From positions 6,165 through 60,211 of the forward strand of contig MQRK01176777.1 in assembly GCA_001938485.1 (NCBI GenBank): a stretch of DNA of 54,047 nt, given 5' to 3'. The notes beneath the pieces were generated by a model. It was not told the DNA's origin, did not search any database, and saw only the letters and a program-made list of their open reading frames with translations. The position numbers and the translations under genes were made by a program. Numbering within the stretch: the stretch's first letter is position 1; each line of letters starts with the position of its first letter. Source of the DNA: Girardia tigrina (lineage: Eukaryota). Below are positions 32,780 to 45,700 of the stretch, one piece after another.

Positions 32780-35700
32780 AAAATCGATATTATATGAAAA
32801 AAATACGTTATTACAGTAAGAATACGTTTTGTTTTATACATTTTAGTTAGTTATTTGATTTTATATTCTAATTTTTAATATGGAATTTTCAATTGAATGT
32901 TGAAAATTATTTTTATTAACTGAAAGCGACTGTATATATTGAGATAATCGAACTGATTTAATCGATAATATTAACAAAAATTCAATCAATCAATTTTAAA
33001 ATTTGGTTAATCAAAAAATTCAATTTATTTTACCAAACATCGGCTTGAAATTACATAGAATAAATCATTTATCATAATTTAATTCATGTAATATTCTGTG
33101 TAGTGCCGTACTTATTTTGTTGTTCTTTTGGTGACGTGTGTATGTGTGATGGAATAATGAATGAATCTAATATTTTTAACTGTATAGTTACCTGATTTTT
33201 ATCTTTACGTTTGGGTGACCAGCTGATATCAGGGTTTTGTAAGATTTATTTTTATTTATTTACTTTTATTTAAGAAAATACAATTGATTGTTTGATGCGA
33301 TATATTTTTTGTGATTTTTTTTTATTTATTTTATTTTGTGTGACCGCGTTTTTTTTGTGTTGTTAAACATATTTTGTTTGGGAAAGGATAGATTTTTATT
33401 TTTTTGGATAATAATTATCCGATATTCATTTATTGAAATGCTTTCCAATATCAATTTTCAGCATTTGAAAGACTTGGTAATTTTGCCCCCGAATATTATT
33501 ATAAATTGTATTAAAGTCATTTTTTTCCATGTATTGTTGCCGGTATTTTATTAAGTATTGCCGAATGCATTTTGGATTGATAAATAAAAAATTAAAAATG
33601 AATAATAAAATCAATTGAAATATTGAACGAAAAATTAAAATTCAAAAGACTACTAACTTAGAAACGAAGAAATATATTAATTAGTTGCCAAACAAAAGAT
33701 ACTGTCCAAGTCAAAATTTCCAATTCACTATTACCCAAAAGAATCATAAAACACCTCATTTCAGGAAAATTATATACTACGACCTTGCGAAACAATTACT
33801 ATCCAAGCCAAAATTTTTTAGTTCACCTTTGCCAAGAGAATCAGAAAACTCTATTATTCACGAAAATCATATTTTTGCGACGTTGTGAAACGACTTGAAA
33901 GAAAATCTATCCGAACTGAAGAACAACTGACGAAAAATACTATTAGAACCAAAGTAACGTTGTATATAGATTTTTCCATTTGACCTTTATTTCCTGTTAC
34001 TGTGATCGACTAAAATACCTTTTTTTGGAATCCTTCTGTTAGTTGAATAATTATTTTTGTTCATTGTTTTAGTCTTTTTATTTATTTTATCACAATTATT
34101 TGTATCATTGTACATGTTGAATTTGTTTTGTGGTTTTGGTGTTTCTTGATAATTTGATTTGTATGGGCTTGATTTTGTGTTTGTTGTATTTGTTTTTTTG
34201 TATTTTCTTGACCTGAGCATTGTTAATTAATTTATATAATAAATATTTTCCATTCATTTTTATAAACTAGGATAATCTACAAAAAAATATTAATTTAGAC
34301 AGATGTCTAATAGTGAAAGTGATTTGAAAAATTGTTGTAATGACAATTCTATTTGTGATAGCAATAAATTTTCCAAAATTATATTGTTCTTAACAATTAG
34401 GATTAAAATAGTATCACAAAAATGCTATTGAAAAAGTGAATAGTGATTCTATCAGAAGTTATCCGTTATTAAATGACACAAAATTATGATAAAAAAAACT
34501 AAAAGCGACTTTATTAGATCGATATTATATGAAAGCACATGTTATTAAAGTATGAACTCGTTTTATTTTCTACATTTTAATTGGTTATTTAATGTTAGAT
34601 TCTGACTTCTAATATAGAATGTTCAATTAAATGTCTATTTTTTTATTAACTGGAAAGCGAATGTATATAGATAGATATTCGAACTGATTCAATCGATAAT
34701 ATTAACAAATAATCAATCAATCTATTTTACAATTTAATTAAAATAAAATTCAAATAATTATGTCAAACAATGGCAAAATAAAAGTTTTTTAACTAACATT
34801 TAATAAGAATAAATTAAAATGTGAACTATCCGAAACAATTAATATTTTGAAAATTTAAAAAAATTCCCCCCAAAAAATTTTAATTATGATCTTAATTTCC
34901 AATAAGTTTTGCAGAACATAGAAATTTTTCTTCCTCGAGACATAAAACATGCTGCAGATAACGAAATCCTCCTTTCTTTAGAAGCCAGCAATGAACAATG
35001 ACCAAGTGATATTAGTTTCATTAGTGGTATTTCGATGGTATTATAAATTTCATTATTTTAATAATAATTAATTTAATTTTTTTAATAGTAAAAATAAAAA
35101 CTGGAATAAGAAAATCAGTATTATGCAATAGTATATCCCCCCGAAATATTTTTCTGCGCACGCGCCTGATAACACTATTCGGAATAAAGTAGTATTAATA
35201 AAATGTTTTTGAAAAAAATGAATATTGATGCTATTGGAAGTTATCCATTATTAAATGACGCCAAATTAAGATTAACAGAAAGCGATTTTAGATCGATATT
35301 ATATGAAAGAACACGTTTGGGAGGAGCCCTGACTGGAAACAACTGCAGATGATTTCGATCCGGCAGTCCTCGATGAGTCATTTAAGTCACACAGATTTGA
35401 GAAACTTGAAATTGAGGACAAGTACCCGTCCTCTGATGAAGAACCATAGGAAGATGAGGAATAAGGCTACAAGGTATATAGGGAGGCGGAAACGATCACC
35501 CAATCCAGTGGTGCCTGGGGTAGTCGCACGAAAAGAACCAGGATAAAGCCATGGCACGGCTCACCGACAGTGGAACTTATATAGGACTGAATGGGTTCTT
35601 TTGCCCACTGATAAAAAAGTTTGAATTAATTTTGTTTCATACATTTTAATTGGCTAATTGATTTAATATTGTAATTTTTAATATGGAATTTTCAATTGAG

Positions 35701-35830
35701 TGCCTAAAATTATTTTTATTAACTGAAAGCGACTGCATATAAAGAGATATTCGGACGGATTCAATCGATAATATTAATAATAATTCAATCAATCGATCAC
35801 ACAATTTGGTAAAACAACAAAGTCAATCAA
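32780..35830 (+). repeat. Three diverged copies of a ~250-350 bp AT-rich unit (~32780-33040, ~34420-34770, ~35200-35830)
   Basis: Shared blocks ATCGATATTATATGAAA, TACATTTTA, AATAT(G/A)GAAT.TTCAATT, TTTATTAACTG(G)AAAGCGA and GATT(T/C)AATCGATAATATTAA occur in the same order in all three. Confidence 0.85.
35318..35607 (-). mobile_element. Solo-LTR-like insertion interrupting the third repeat copy
   Basis: GC-richer 290 bp absent from the other two copies. TG...CA ends with imperfect inverted termini TGGGAGGAGCCC / GGGTTCTTTTGCCCA; minus-strand TATATAAG. Confidence 0.5.
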
Positions 35831-35865
35831 TTCTTTATTCCCCACATTAGCGATAATTAATCGAA

Positions 35866-36195
35866 TCACGATTGATTCGTGACCGATCTAATCCAGTCCA
35901 GGTAGTCATCGCTACCGTTGTCAATAGCGACACAAATGACCTCCGGTGTCGTGTACGAATGATTCTGTTTGACGCACCGCTCGAGTTCGCTATAGAGCGC
36001 CTTTCGTGTTTTAATCATCAACAACTCTTCTGAGTCGATAGTGACTTTGTTCTGCCACCAGTACACCGAGGAGACACTCGGCACGATGTTCACACACGCC
36101 GCCAATCGCTTTTCGATCAATTCCGTCGCGATTTTCGTTCCGATTTCTTTATTGGGCACGGTGACATAGACGATACAACAACTGTCAGTGGACAT
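35866..36195 (-). CDS. CUTA: CutA (divalent cation tolerance family) protein, 109 aa
   Basis: IVYVTVPN...LIEKRLAACVNIVP.VSSVYWW...DSEELLMIKT...HSYTTPEVI...YLDWI is the full CutA1 signature. ATG at 36195; probable 46-nt 5'UTR intron 36260-36215 (gtaag...ttcag). Confidence 0.95.
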   Translation of the reverse strand: MSTDSCCIVYVTVPNKEIGTKIATELIEKRLAACVNIVPSVSSVYWWQNKVTIDSEELLMIKTRKALYSELERCVKQNHSYTTPEVICVAIDNGSDDYLDWIRSVTNQS

Positions 36196-36571
36196 TACTC
36201 GTATCAATCGCGTCCTGAATCCGGATGAATGTCAAACGACGACAAAAGTTTCGTTCTTACAAGGTCAAATTTAAATTTTGAGTTAATTTAAACATTTGAA
36301 ATTATTTTGTCAATATGCGATTATATTAAATTATTATTTTTATTAATATTGAAATTTCTTTATTTTTGTTTTTTGCGTTTTTTATTAAAATTTATTTGTG
36401 AGAATTTGTTTTAAAGTTTTTGTTTTGAAAAATATTTAAATTTTTAATTTACGTTTGAAAAGATTTTTGTGAAATTTTCCGTTTGTATCAACTTGACAAT
36501 GAGAAATAAATTAGATAATTTATTGACGTGCTATAAGGATTTATTTGTAAATATCTATTTGTTATATTATA

Positions 36572-37284
36572 TAGTGGTGGCAAATTTTTTTCATAGATTT
36601 TATTTTTCAAAATATTTTTTTATAAATCGTTTATATTTATTTATTGGTATATTAAAATGATACATTTTAAGTCTTATAAATTTTCTAATAATATCACTTT
36701 AATAAAATAATTTAATAAAATAATTAGATTTATATATTTTAGTACAATTTCAAGTGGCAAAATTTTTTCATAAATGTTAGTTTATTTATTATTTCCGAAG
36801 TAATTATAATCAAAATGGTAGGTATTCAAAGGAATTTAGAGAATTAATCAAGAAGCATAAAAAAGATGGTAGAAGTTATCAAGAAATAAGTGATGAATTT
36901 CACATTTCAATATCAACTGCTTGTGACTACGAAATGAAAGTCAATAAACGCAAAACCGGCCCTAAAAATAAAATTACAGAGGTTATCTTTGATTATGAAG
37001 AGATATATAAGGAGAGAGAACTATATTGGAAATAAAGTAACTTCAACGAAAATATTGAAAGACATATCTATTGATGTATCAAGAAGAACAGTGATTAACT
37101 GGTTAAATAAGACAAATTATAAATATTGCAATGGCGTACAGAAAGTAATTCTAAGTAAGAAACATAAATCTGAAAGGTTGCTTAAAATTTCAGACTGGAT
37201 TCATGAAAGTATACCTGGGAATCCATTGTATTTTCAGATGAAATGAGTTTAATCTGGATGTCCCAGATAACTGGAAAAATTTGT

Positions 37285-37339
<55 letters not shown>

Positions 37340-38045
37340 AGGTATACATATACAAAAGAACGGATGACCATTGACAGACATTCACAGCAATGCGGTGGTG
37401 GAGGGTTCATGATATTGGGTATGTTGATGCCAAATGGCCTTATATCAGTGAAAGTACTCCGAGAGAAGGTAAACTCAAGCAGCTATATAAAATTGTTGGA
37501 GACCTACGCTGTGCCAATAATGAATTTAAATTTAAAACATAATTACTATTTTGTTCAAGACAATTGTAGTATTCACGTATCAAGAATTTCTAAAGAATTT
37601 TTAGAAAAACAGTCATTTCAAGTAGTAAATTGGTCTTCAAGATCTCCAGATTTGAACCTGATGGAGAATGTATGGCGGATGTTGTCTTTTATAGTGTATG
37701 ATTCTGGTCAAGCTAGAAATATCAAAGATCTGGAGAAGAAGATTGTCAAGGCAGTCCTAACGATATATTCTGAAAAAATCGATATTACTAAAGGTCTATA
37801 TTGCTCTTTTCACAAGAGACTAACTTCTGCAATGATGCACAAGGGAAATATATATAAGTCAAATGAATAAATGTATTATTTGTATCTTTTATGAAAAAAA
37901 TTTGCCACTTGAAATTGTACTAAAATATATAAATCTAATTATTTTATTAAAACAAGCATGTGTATTAAGTGATATTATTAGAAAATTTATAAGGCTTAAA
38001 ATGTATCATTTTAAAATACCAATGAATAAATATAAACGATTTATA
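36572..38045 (+). mobile_element. Tc1-like DD34E transposon with long IR/DR-type TIRs, disrupted
   Basis: Inverted repeats 36621-36773 / 37888-38045 with GTGGCAAA..TTTTTTCATA direct repeats at ~36577 and ~36754. FSDE, GGGGFMILG, and FVQDNCSIH with 34 residues to the E of SPDLNLMENVW. Confidence 0.92.
37289..37334. repeat. (TA)n microsatellite inside the Tc1 transposase
   Basis: About 23 uninterrupted AT units. Confidence 0.95.
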
Positions 38046-38258
38046 GTCCGGTTTGAAGACTACATCTTACGATTCTAATGGAGATGTGGTTTAGGATTGT
38101 TGAAAATCGAATAATTTATTTTGTTTGAATATTCAGCAGTTTTCGGGAAACACGCGTGTATTTTAAATTGGAAGTCCAATAAATATTATTTTTGATTTCT
38201 AAGTTTTTTTATTATTTTCGAATTCAGAAAGAATAAAAATGTAACTAAAAAATAAATA

Positions 38259-39446
38259 CAGGTCTGTCCAGAAAGTCTTGACCAATTTATAGACAAGTAA
38301 AAGATAAGCATTTATTGTTATTTTCATCATCATCTCTAATGTGTTCAAAATATTGTCCATTGTGAGCCACGCACTACTCCCATCGTTCTGGGAGTTTTCT
38401 AATTCTTTTGGTGAAGAAACTGTGTGGTTTTTCTTCAATCCAACACTCCAACAACACTTGAACTTCTTCCGAGGAGTTGTAATTTCGTCCTCTGAGGGCT
38501 TTTTTCATTGGAGATAATAAATAAAAATCGGAGGGACCGAGGTCAGGAGAGTATGGTGGATGGAGCAATACACTGAACCCTATTTCCTGCACCTTATTTA
38601 CTGTTTTGTTGGCTGTGTGGGGTCTGGCGTTATCGTGAAGGTAAGTAATTTGTTGAGTTCCTCCTCGCATAAGCCGCCTCCGCTTTTTTTGTATTGCAGC
38701 AACAAGACGATCCAGCTGTTGACAGTAGGTATCTGCTGTAATTGTCTGTCCATGAGGGATAACTTCCATTAGCAATACACCTTTTCTCTTCCAAAAATCT
38801 GGAATCATATGCTTTCTGGGTGTAAGCACACGACGTACTTCAACTGGAGGATTATATCCTTCTCCTCGCCGAGAATGATGATTTTGTGAGCCTCGATTAT
38901 CCCAACATATCCAGAATCCATCCATGGTTACCAATTGTCCAGGAAAATCAAAAGCCGATCGATTATACAGGTACCTTTTCTCCATCTGAAATAGATGATT
39001 TCGAGCTGTCTCCGGGAAAATTACCAACTCAAGTGCTATGGAGCGACATGTGCTATATTTGTCCAAATCCAGCTGCTGCAATATAGCGTCATTAATGTTC
39101 AATGACGGGCTTCGAGGGCACTGTTGATCTTCCACATTAAAATCGCTGTTGTTCAACTGTGTTATCCATCGACAAAAAGTGCTTTCACTAACAGCACCAC
39201 TTCCAAGGGCTGCATTCATCTCTTACATATAGCGGGGGATTCAAATTACGTTTCCAGCAGTAATATATCATCATTCGAATATCACGTTGACTCAAATTAA
39301 TTTTAACGGAATGAAAATGCAACAATAGGAAAAATTGATTATTTCCGAATTATATTTTACAAAATCATTCACATTTGTATATGTTATCTATACTGTAAAT
39401 ATCATAGACATTTATCAATGTGTTCAAAACTTTCTGGACAGACCTG
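38259..39446 (-). mobile_element. mariner DD34D transposon, both TIRs present, internally deleted
   Basis: TA-CAGGTCTGTCCAGAAAGT...ACTTTCTGGACAGACCTG-TA. ORF 38374-39219 has VTMDGFWI and LHDNARPH with 34 residues to the D of HPPYSPDLGPSDFYL. Confidence 0.93.
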
Positions 39447-39716
39447 TATTAACAAAAAGATTAATCTTTTTCCCACGTAAAAGAGTTTATGATCGGTATT
39501 TCAGGCATTAACATCAACATTAATGTTAATTTTGTTTAATTTAAATTTACCCAAAGGGGATTTTAGTATCCAAATGCATCGTTACAAATCAAAACAATTA
39601 AAGCTCTTTATTTGATGAAAATCAGAGATAATTCTCGGACGATATCACAAGCTCATAATATGAATCTCATTCTGTCACTGTTCTATTCTTCAGCTGTTCT
39701 TCTTCTTTCCAGTCAA

Positions 39717-42700
39717 TTACAACAGAATGCAATTTTCTGCTATTCTTAAACTTGTCATCACCAATCCAATACTGGAGTCGTTATCATCATCACTCTCTGT
39801 ACTGTCTGACGATCGATGACTTTTGCTTTTTGTAGAAATTGGAGATATTTGTGATTTGTATGAACTATAATAAACCTCCTTTTCTGTCAAGTGATTGTGA
39901 ATCTCGCTGCCATCTACAATAACTGGTTGATGATTGAAGTCGTCGTCGATATTTCCTGGTTCAAAGACGTGATCTGAGAGAGAGGTTCTTTCTGATTCTG
40001 GTTTTTCGATTGTTATTTCTTTACTGGTGTTGTTTGATGATTCGAGTCGATTCTGAGAGTCGATGTTTTCATCTGTTACTTTTCTATTGTGCTGAAACTC
40101 CATTGTTTTAATACTGTTAAGATCAAGTGCAAGAGGCTGATCACCGCTAGAATAACAGAGGGAATCACCTGTAACTTCCTCATTATCGTGATTCTTATCA
40201 AGATTTATTTCACCAGATTGATCGTAAATTGAATATTGACTCTCACGTAGATAATCAAGAAATTCATTCTTCCTTATATATTTTACTACATTATCTTTCG
40301 GACTGTTTAATTGGTCTGGATTACCATCACATAGATATGGTACTTCATAGGGACAATCATTTTGAAAATCTGGACATTCTTTTGTGATTTCTTCGACTCT
40401 GTTATTCTCAAATTCCAAATCGATTAATCGGTCATTATTTAATAAATTATCTGGTATATCCTTGGGACTGATGTCTTCAGTCGACTGTGTAAAGGTATCT
40501 TCTAATGGATCTTGTACTATATTGTTATCACAACTGTCATAGTACTCTTCTGTACCTTCTGGTAAATTATTACCGTTTTCCATATCAATTTTAGATAGAG
40601 ATTCCTTGGATGCATCTGAGGTCTCAAATTGATTATTATCGTATTCTTTTTGAATTTCTTTTTCTCCAACTGGCGAATGTAAATCGATTAATCCATTTCC
40701 GATTAATACCTGATCTGGCGAGGTGTCTCTATTAATTCGACCATAATTTGACTGCATCTCTATCAAGTTTTCATTTATTTCTTTTTTGTTTTTCTGATCT
40801 AACTGAGAGTCGATATAATCGTGATCATGGTCACCGTCTTGTGAATTATGCATCGAATTGTCTTTAGATTTTAACTCATCGATATCCTCGTCAACGTGAG
40901 ACAATTTATGAAGAGAGAGATAACTCGGATTAATGATTTTATTTATATTCAATAATTCTGGATCAAACGGATCATCATGATTGCAGTTCTCAATAAAAAT
41001 GTTCTCGCATGAAGTTGAATTACTTTGTAGAGTATTCATTGAGTGGAAATTCATATTTAATATAGAAGAAGGAAATACGTCCATAGACATGCAACGCTGT
41101 GAATGAGTCAAAATAGGGGGAATATATTTATTTGAATTATCCTGTTCACGATAGAAAGTTTCTGAATCCTGAATGACCTCTAAAGGATAATCAATATCCA
41201 TATTAGGTATATCTTGAAACCATTTATGAAGCTGAGCGGTAGTGGACGACAATCTCGAACTAAAAGTTGATCATCATCATTTTATTGCTTATTTTCGATT
41301 TATCACTCACCTGGGATTTTTTATACAGAGAGAAGAAATCAAGTGTTTGGCATTAGAATATTCAGGTTGGTCGAAAATTGAGGCAAACGAAATGTTGGCT
41401 TTGGACACATTAAATAACGTTTCATCTTTCGATTTTCCCATAAATGGAGATATTTTTGTTAAAAGATGATACACAAGAACTCCGACACTCCTTCAAAATT
41501 TAAATCATATTAAATAGATTTTCTTAGAAAGCAAAGATAAATTTTAACCACATGTCTGTATACAGAGTAATTTTTTCATAATTGATTACTTCAGGTGCTG
41601 AAAAAATATATTCGATGTTTATTTTTTTTACTATTAAAAATGAACAAGTAAAATAATCAGTAAAATCACATTTAAAATATTGTTGTCCCCCGTAGTTAGA
41701 TTGAAATAATGAAATAATATTTTATGAACCTAAGTTGATATTTTTAAAAATTATAAATACATAATTTTTGCCGTCCTTAAACAGCGATATACTTTTGTAT
41801 TCCAAAGACTCAGGGTTATAACCAGTTAATGGGACATTTCAGTATGTGTTTCTACATCTGAAACCGAAAAAATATTTTCTTCACATCGAAAAAATCATGG
41901 AAAAATGGGGTACGCCTAGTTCAATAAATCTATAATTTTTTGAAAGTTCTGAAACCGAAAAAATATTTTCTTCCCATCGAAAAAATCATGGAAAAATGGG
42001 GTACGCCTAGTTCAGAATATCTATAATTTTTTGAAAGTTCTTCATGATAAAGATTTAACAATATAAACTATTATAAATGTAGTTAAATCAATATTTGAAG
42101 TCATAATTAGTACATTTCGTAATTTTTATTATAAAAATTCTACTTCCTTTATTAATTTAATAATCAATTCGTTGATCTTTTTCTTTATTTTTTAAATTCC
42201 AATTAAATTTAAAACTTAAAAATGATTAAATTTTTTAAAATTCAAAAGTCTAAATAATATTTAATTTAATTTCAGCTACATGTCATTGATTTAAATCATT
42301 TACTTAATCGTATTTATTCTAAAATAATATTTAATTTTAAACTTTTTTAAACATTGAATTTCAAAATCATTAACACATTTAATTCTACGTCATTAAAAAA
42401 TTTTAATATCAAATCATTCAAAATATTAATAATTATGTTGAAATTCAAAAAGTATTATTTTTTAAAATTATAATTTAGAAATTTATTTTAATTATATTAC
42501 AAAAATTATATTTCAAAATTCAATTTAAAAATTCTTATACATTTATAATTTAAAAATGACAAAACCCAAATTATTAAACATCAAAATTTGAGTGTAAACA
42601 TTTAATAACAACAAACATTTTCACTAACAATTTCTGCGGGAATCGTCATTATTGAGTAATATGTTTTTTGTATATCTTTTCAAATTTTAAAATTAATTAA

Positions 42701-45700
42701 TGGGGCAAGATTAATATTAACTTTTAATTTCTCAAAATTTTATTGGATAAAAAATCATTAAGTAATTTTTGAAAATAAACATTAGTTTTTTAAAATATTT
42801 TAAATTCAAAAAGTTAAAATCGTTTACTAAAAATATTATTAAAATTTATAATTATAAAACTTTTAATTAATTAATGTTTAAAAATTAATCCCATTAAATT
42901 AATTTCAATAGATTTAAATAATTAACCAATAACATATCAATCCCATCTGAGTAGGAGAGTCACCATTCTAAACAGCATACAAACTGGTTTGTGAATGAAA
43001 ACTAGCACACAAAATTTTATGAATAATGCCTGATCTTCTTTGAGACAATCACAAGTACAGAAAAAATACTATCTACAAATATAACAAAACAGCAACCTCA
43101 ACCGTATTCCACCACCTTCACCTACAGTAAACAATACTTATCGCAACCATACATAAACGTCTTCAATTGAGTAAATTCAGTTAGCTACACTATTACAACA
43201 TAATCAATAGACTGAAATCTACATAAAAGCACAAAAGAATCAATATTTTTTTAATAAATGGAATGGTTGTTTTGGGTTCGTGATCAAAATTCGAAGTCAT
43301 AATTTGTTACTACATTCCGAATTTTCCATCACACAAATTTTTAATTTTTTAAATTATGTTTTAAAAATATACTTTTTAAAGTTTTTAAATAATTTAAATT
43401 TCGATCAACAAAATCAAAATTAACTAACTCCTCATAGTTGGGAATCTACGAAAAAAATTACGAAAGAAAATTATTATTTATTTAATTTATAAACTCATTT
43501 ATGAAAAAGCGCAAAACATTTTTTGGAAAAAGACTAATTATTCAATTGATTCATGTATTGTCGTCGAAATCACACAGCTGTACGAAATTTCTGCTCAATC
43601 AATTTTTCATCATGGAAAGTAGATAGAAAATCGTTTACAAAATTTGTAGCGGACAAGCAAACAAACAAACTAGAAGAAATAAGTTAATAGATGGGTGGTA
43701 AAAAGAGACGTACCTGGTCGATAGCAGGAAATCTCGATGTAACCATTTTATTACGATTTCAAAAAATTTAATTTTATTGAGTGATAATTCTAATTTTTTT
43801 ATTTGTTCAAAAATTCATTGGAAATATTTAATATTGAGGCTGTTTTACTTATCCCACTTTGGATATTAATAAATAGGTTAAAGTGTCTAAATATCAATGA
43901 TTTACAATACAACTTCTCATGATATAAATCAAAAGTTGTCTGAAGTATAGAAAAATCGTCTTTTGAAATTGATAATGTTCTATCTTTTTCAACATTTGCA
44001 GTGATATGATAACCTTATTCGATCTACTCGATTGTGAGTGTTCACTAATCTGTGTTTTGAGATGATTATTTTTCTATCCAAGTGGGAGTATTGACACTCA
44101 TGAAATTAAAATTTTTCACGAGATATAATTGTTTTCGATGTAATTGTAAGGGCAAGTCTCTCCCTTTAGTTGTCAGACACTATTTTAACATTCCCGATAT
44201 TCTTGTAAATGATATTCTTAAATATTCTAAATTCTTTTGAAAATAGAATTTCTATAATCCTAATGCGCTTCCCCTCGTTCTTCTTTATATGAGTGGAGAT
44301 TCTGTTGCGAAAACTATAATAACAATCTCTAGACTTATTAAAATAAAATCAAATTAATCAGATAATCATATTTCAAATGTATTTAATTTATACCACTTGA
44401 ATTTTTTTAAGGAACTAGCCATTTTTTAACCGAAGAAACACTTATTATTTACAATTTAGAAATACTCATAATAAATCTAAAAATTTAAATTAAACAATCT
44501 TTGTATGCGTTTGCTGTGTTTATTCATAGACGTAGGGCAACTTTGCTCCTACAAAACAGTTTCCTCATAACAAATTGACTTTTTTTGCATTGATGATTTA
44601 AATTGATTATAAGTTTTTTTTGAGTAAATTATATTATTTGTGAACAAAAGAAATTATAAGAATACTAGAGAATAAAAGATCATCTAATATTTATAATGCA
44701 GTGTTACTCTATTGTTACATTCTTTATAGCTGAAAACACTGTTTAAGGAGTAAACTTTATGAAAATTTGATCTTGCACATATATTACTATAAGTGGCCCA
44801 TGAAAAAATTAATTAAATAATAATTGCTCCTTATTTGTATTACGGTAGTTTAAAAAATAAATATTTTCTCACGAAATCCCGTATAAAATAGACTATTTAT
44901 TAATTTGCTTTATTAATTATTCTATAACATATTTATTTTATTTAAGTACATTTTTGTCTGGCCAGTTTTTAAAAACAAGATGCCACATTGATAAGACCAT
45001 TTAGAAAATTATTATTAGAACATTTATTAATATGTATATATGTATATATATATATATATATGTGTATATTAATTAAAATCTAAAGTCAAAATAAAAATCT
45101 AGTTATTAAAAATGTCTAGTTACAATGAAAATATCTCATTTCATTTATGTGTCGAATTAAAAAAAATATGTCAAATAAAAAAATGTTTCGAATTAAAAAA
45201 TATGTGTCGAATAGTCTTGTGTCATATTGCCTGGTCACCAAATGAGCACAGCGAGTATAAAATTGTATCTAGTATATAAAGCGCATCTAGTCTATTCTCA
45301 ATCAGGTTTATTCCAACCCAGATATGTTTATACATAACTTTTTGATCAATAAAAATGTGGCTTGTATGCATAGAAATTATCAATAGAGACAAAGGCAATA
45401 GGGAGAAATATGAAAATTTGTATTACAACTTAAACCGAATGATGTAGGATTCGAGATGCTTGAATACAAAGAGATAGTTTTGAGTGCCATATACAATCAC
45501 GACTGAAAAGGTTACATTAATATCCTTTGAAATGCACATTTTCTGGTAATCAAAGTAGAGTTGCGTTTAAGTTTATAAAGGTAACTTTTAAAAATGTACA
45601 CAAAACATTTAATTTACAGCTGGTGTAAATTTTCCTAATTCTATTTATTGCTTACTTCTGAATAAATCGTTTGATTGGTTTTATACCAGCTTCTTTGACA

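Noticed and set aside
33336-34220. N/K-rich short ORFs
   Set aside because: Compositionally biased with no recognisable motifs; possibly decayed retroelement but not supportable.
39717-41252. Stand-alone 511-aa orphan gene
   Set aside because: It starts at TTG and is in frame with the spliced kinase exons; it is the terminal exon.
43850-44320. Decayed coding-like sequence on the minus strand within the kinase intron
   Set aside because: Stops in all frames and no identifiable family motif.
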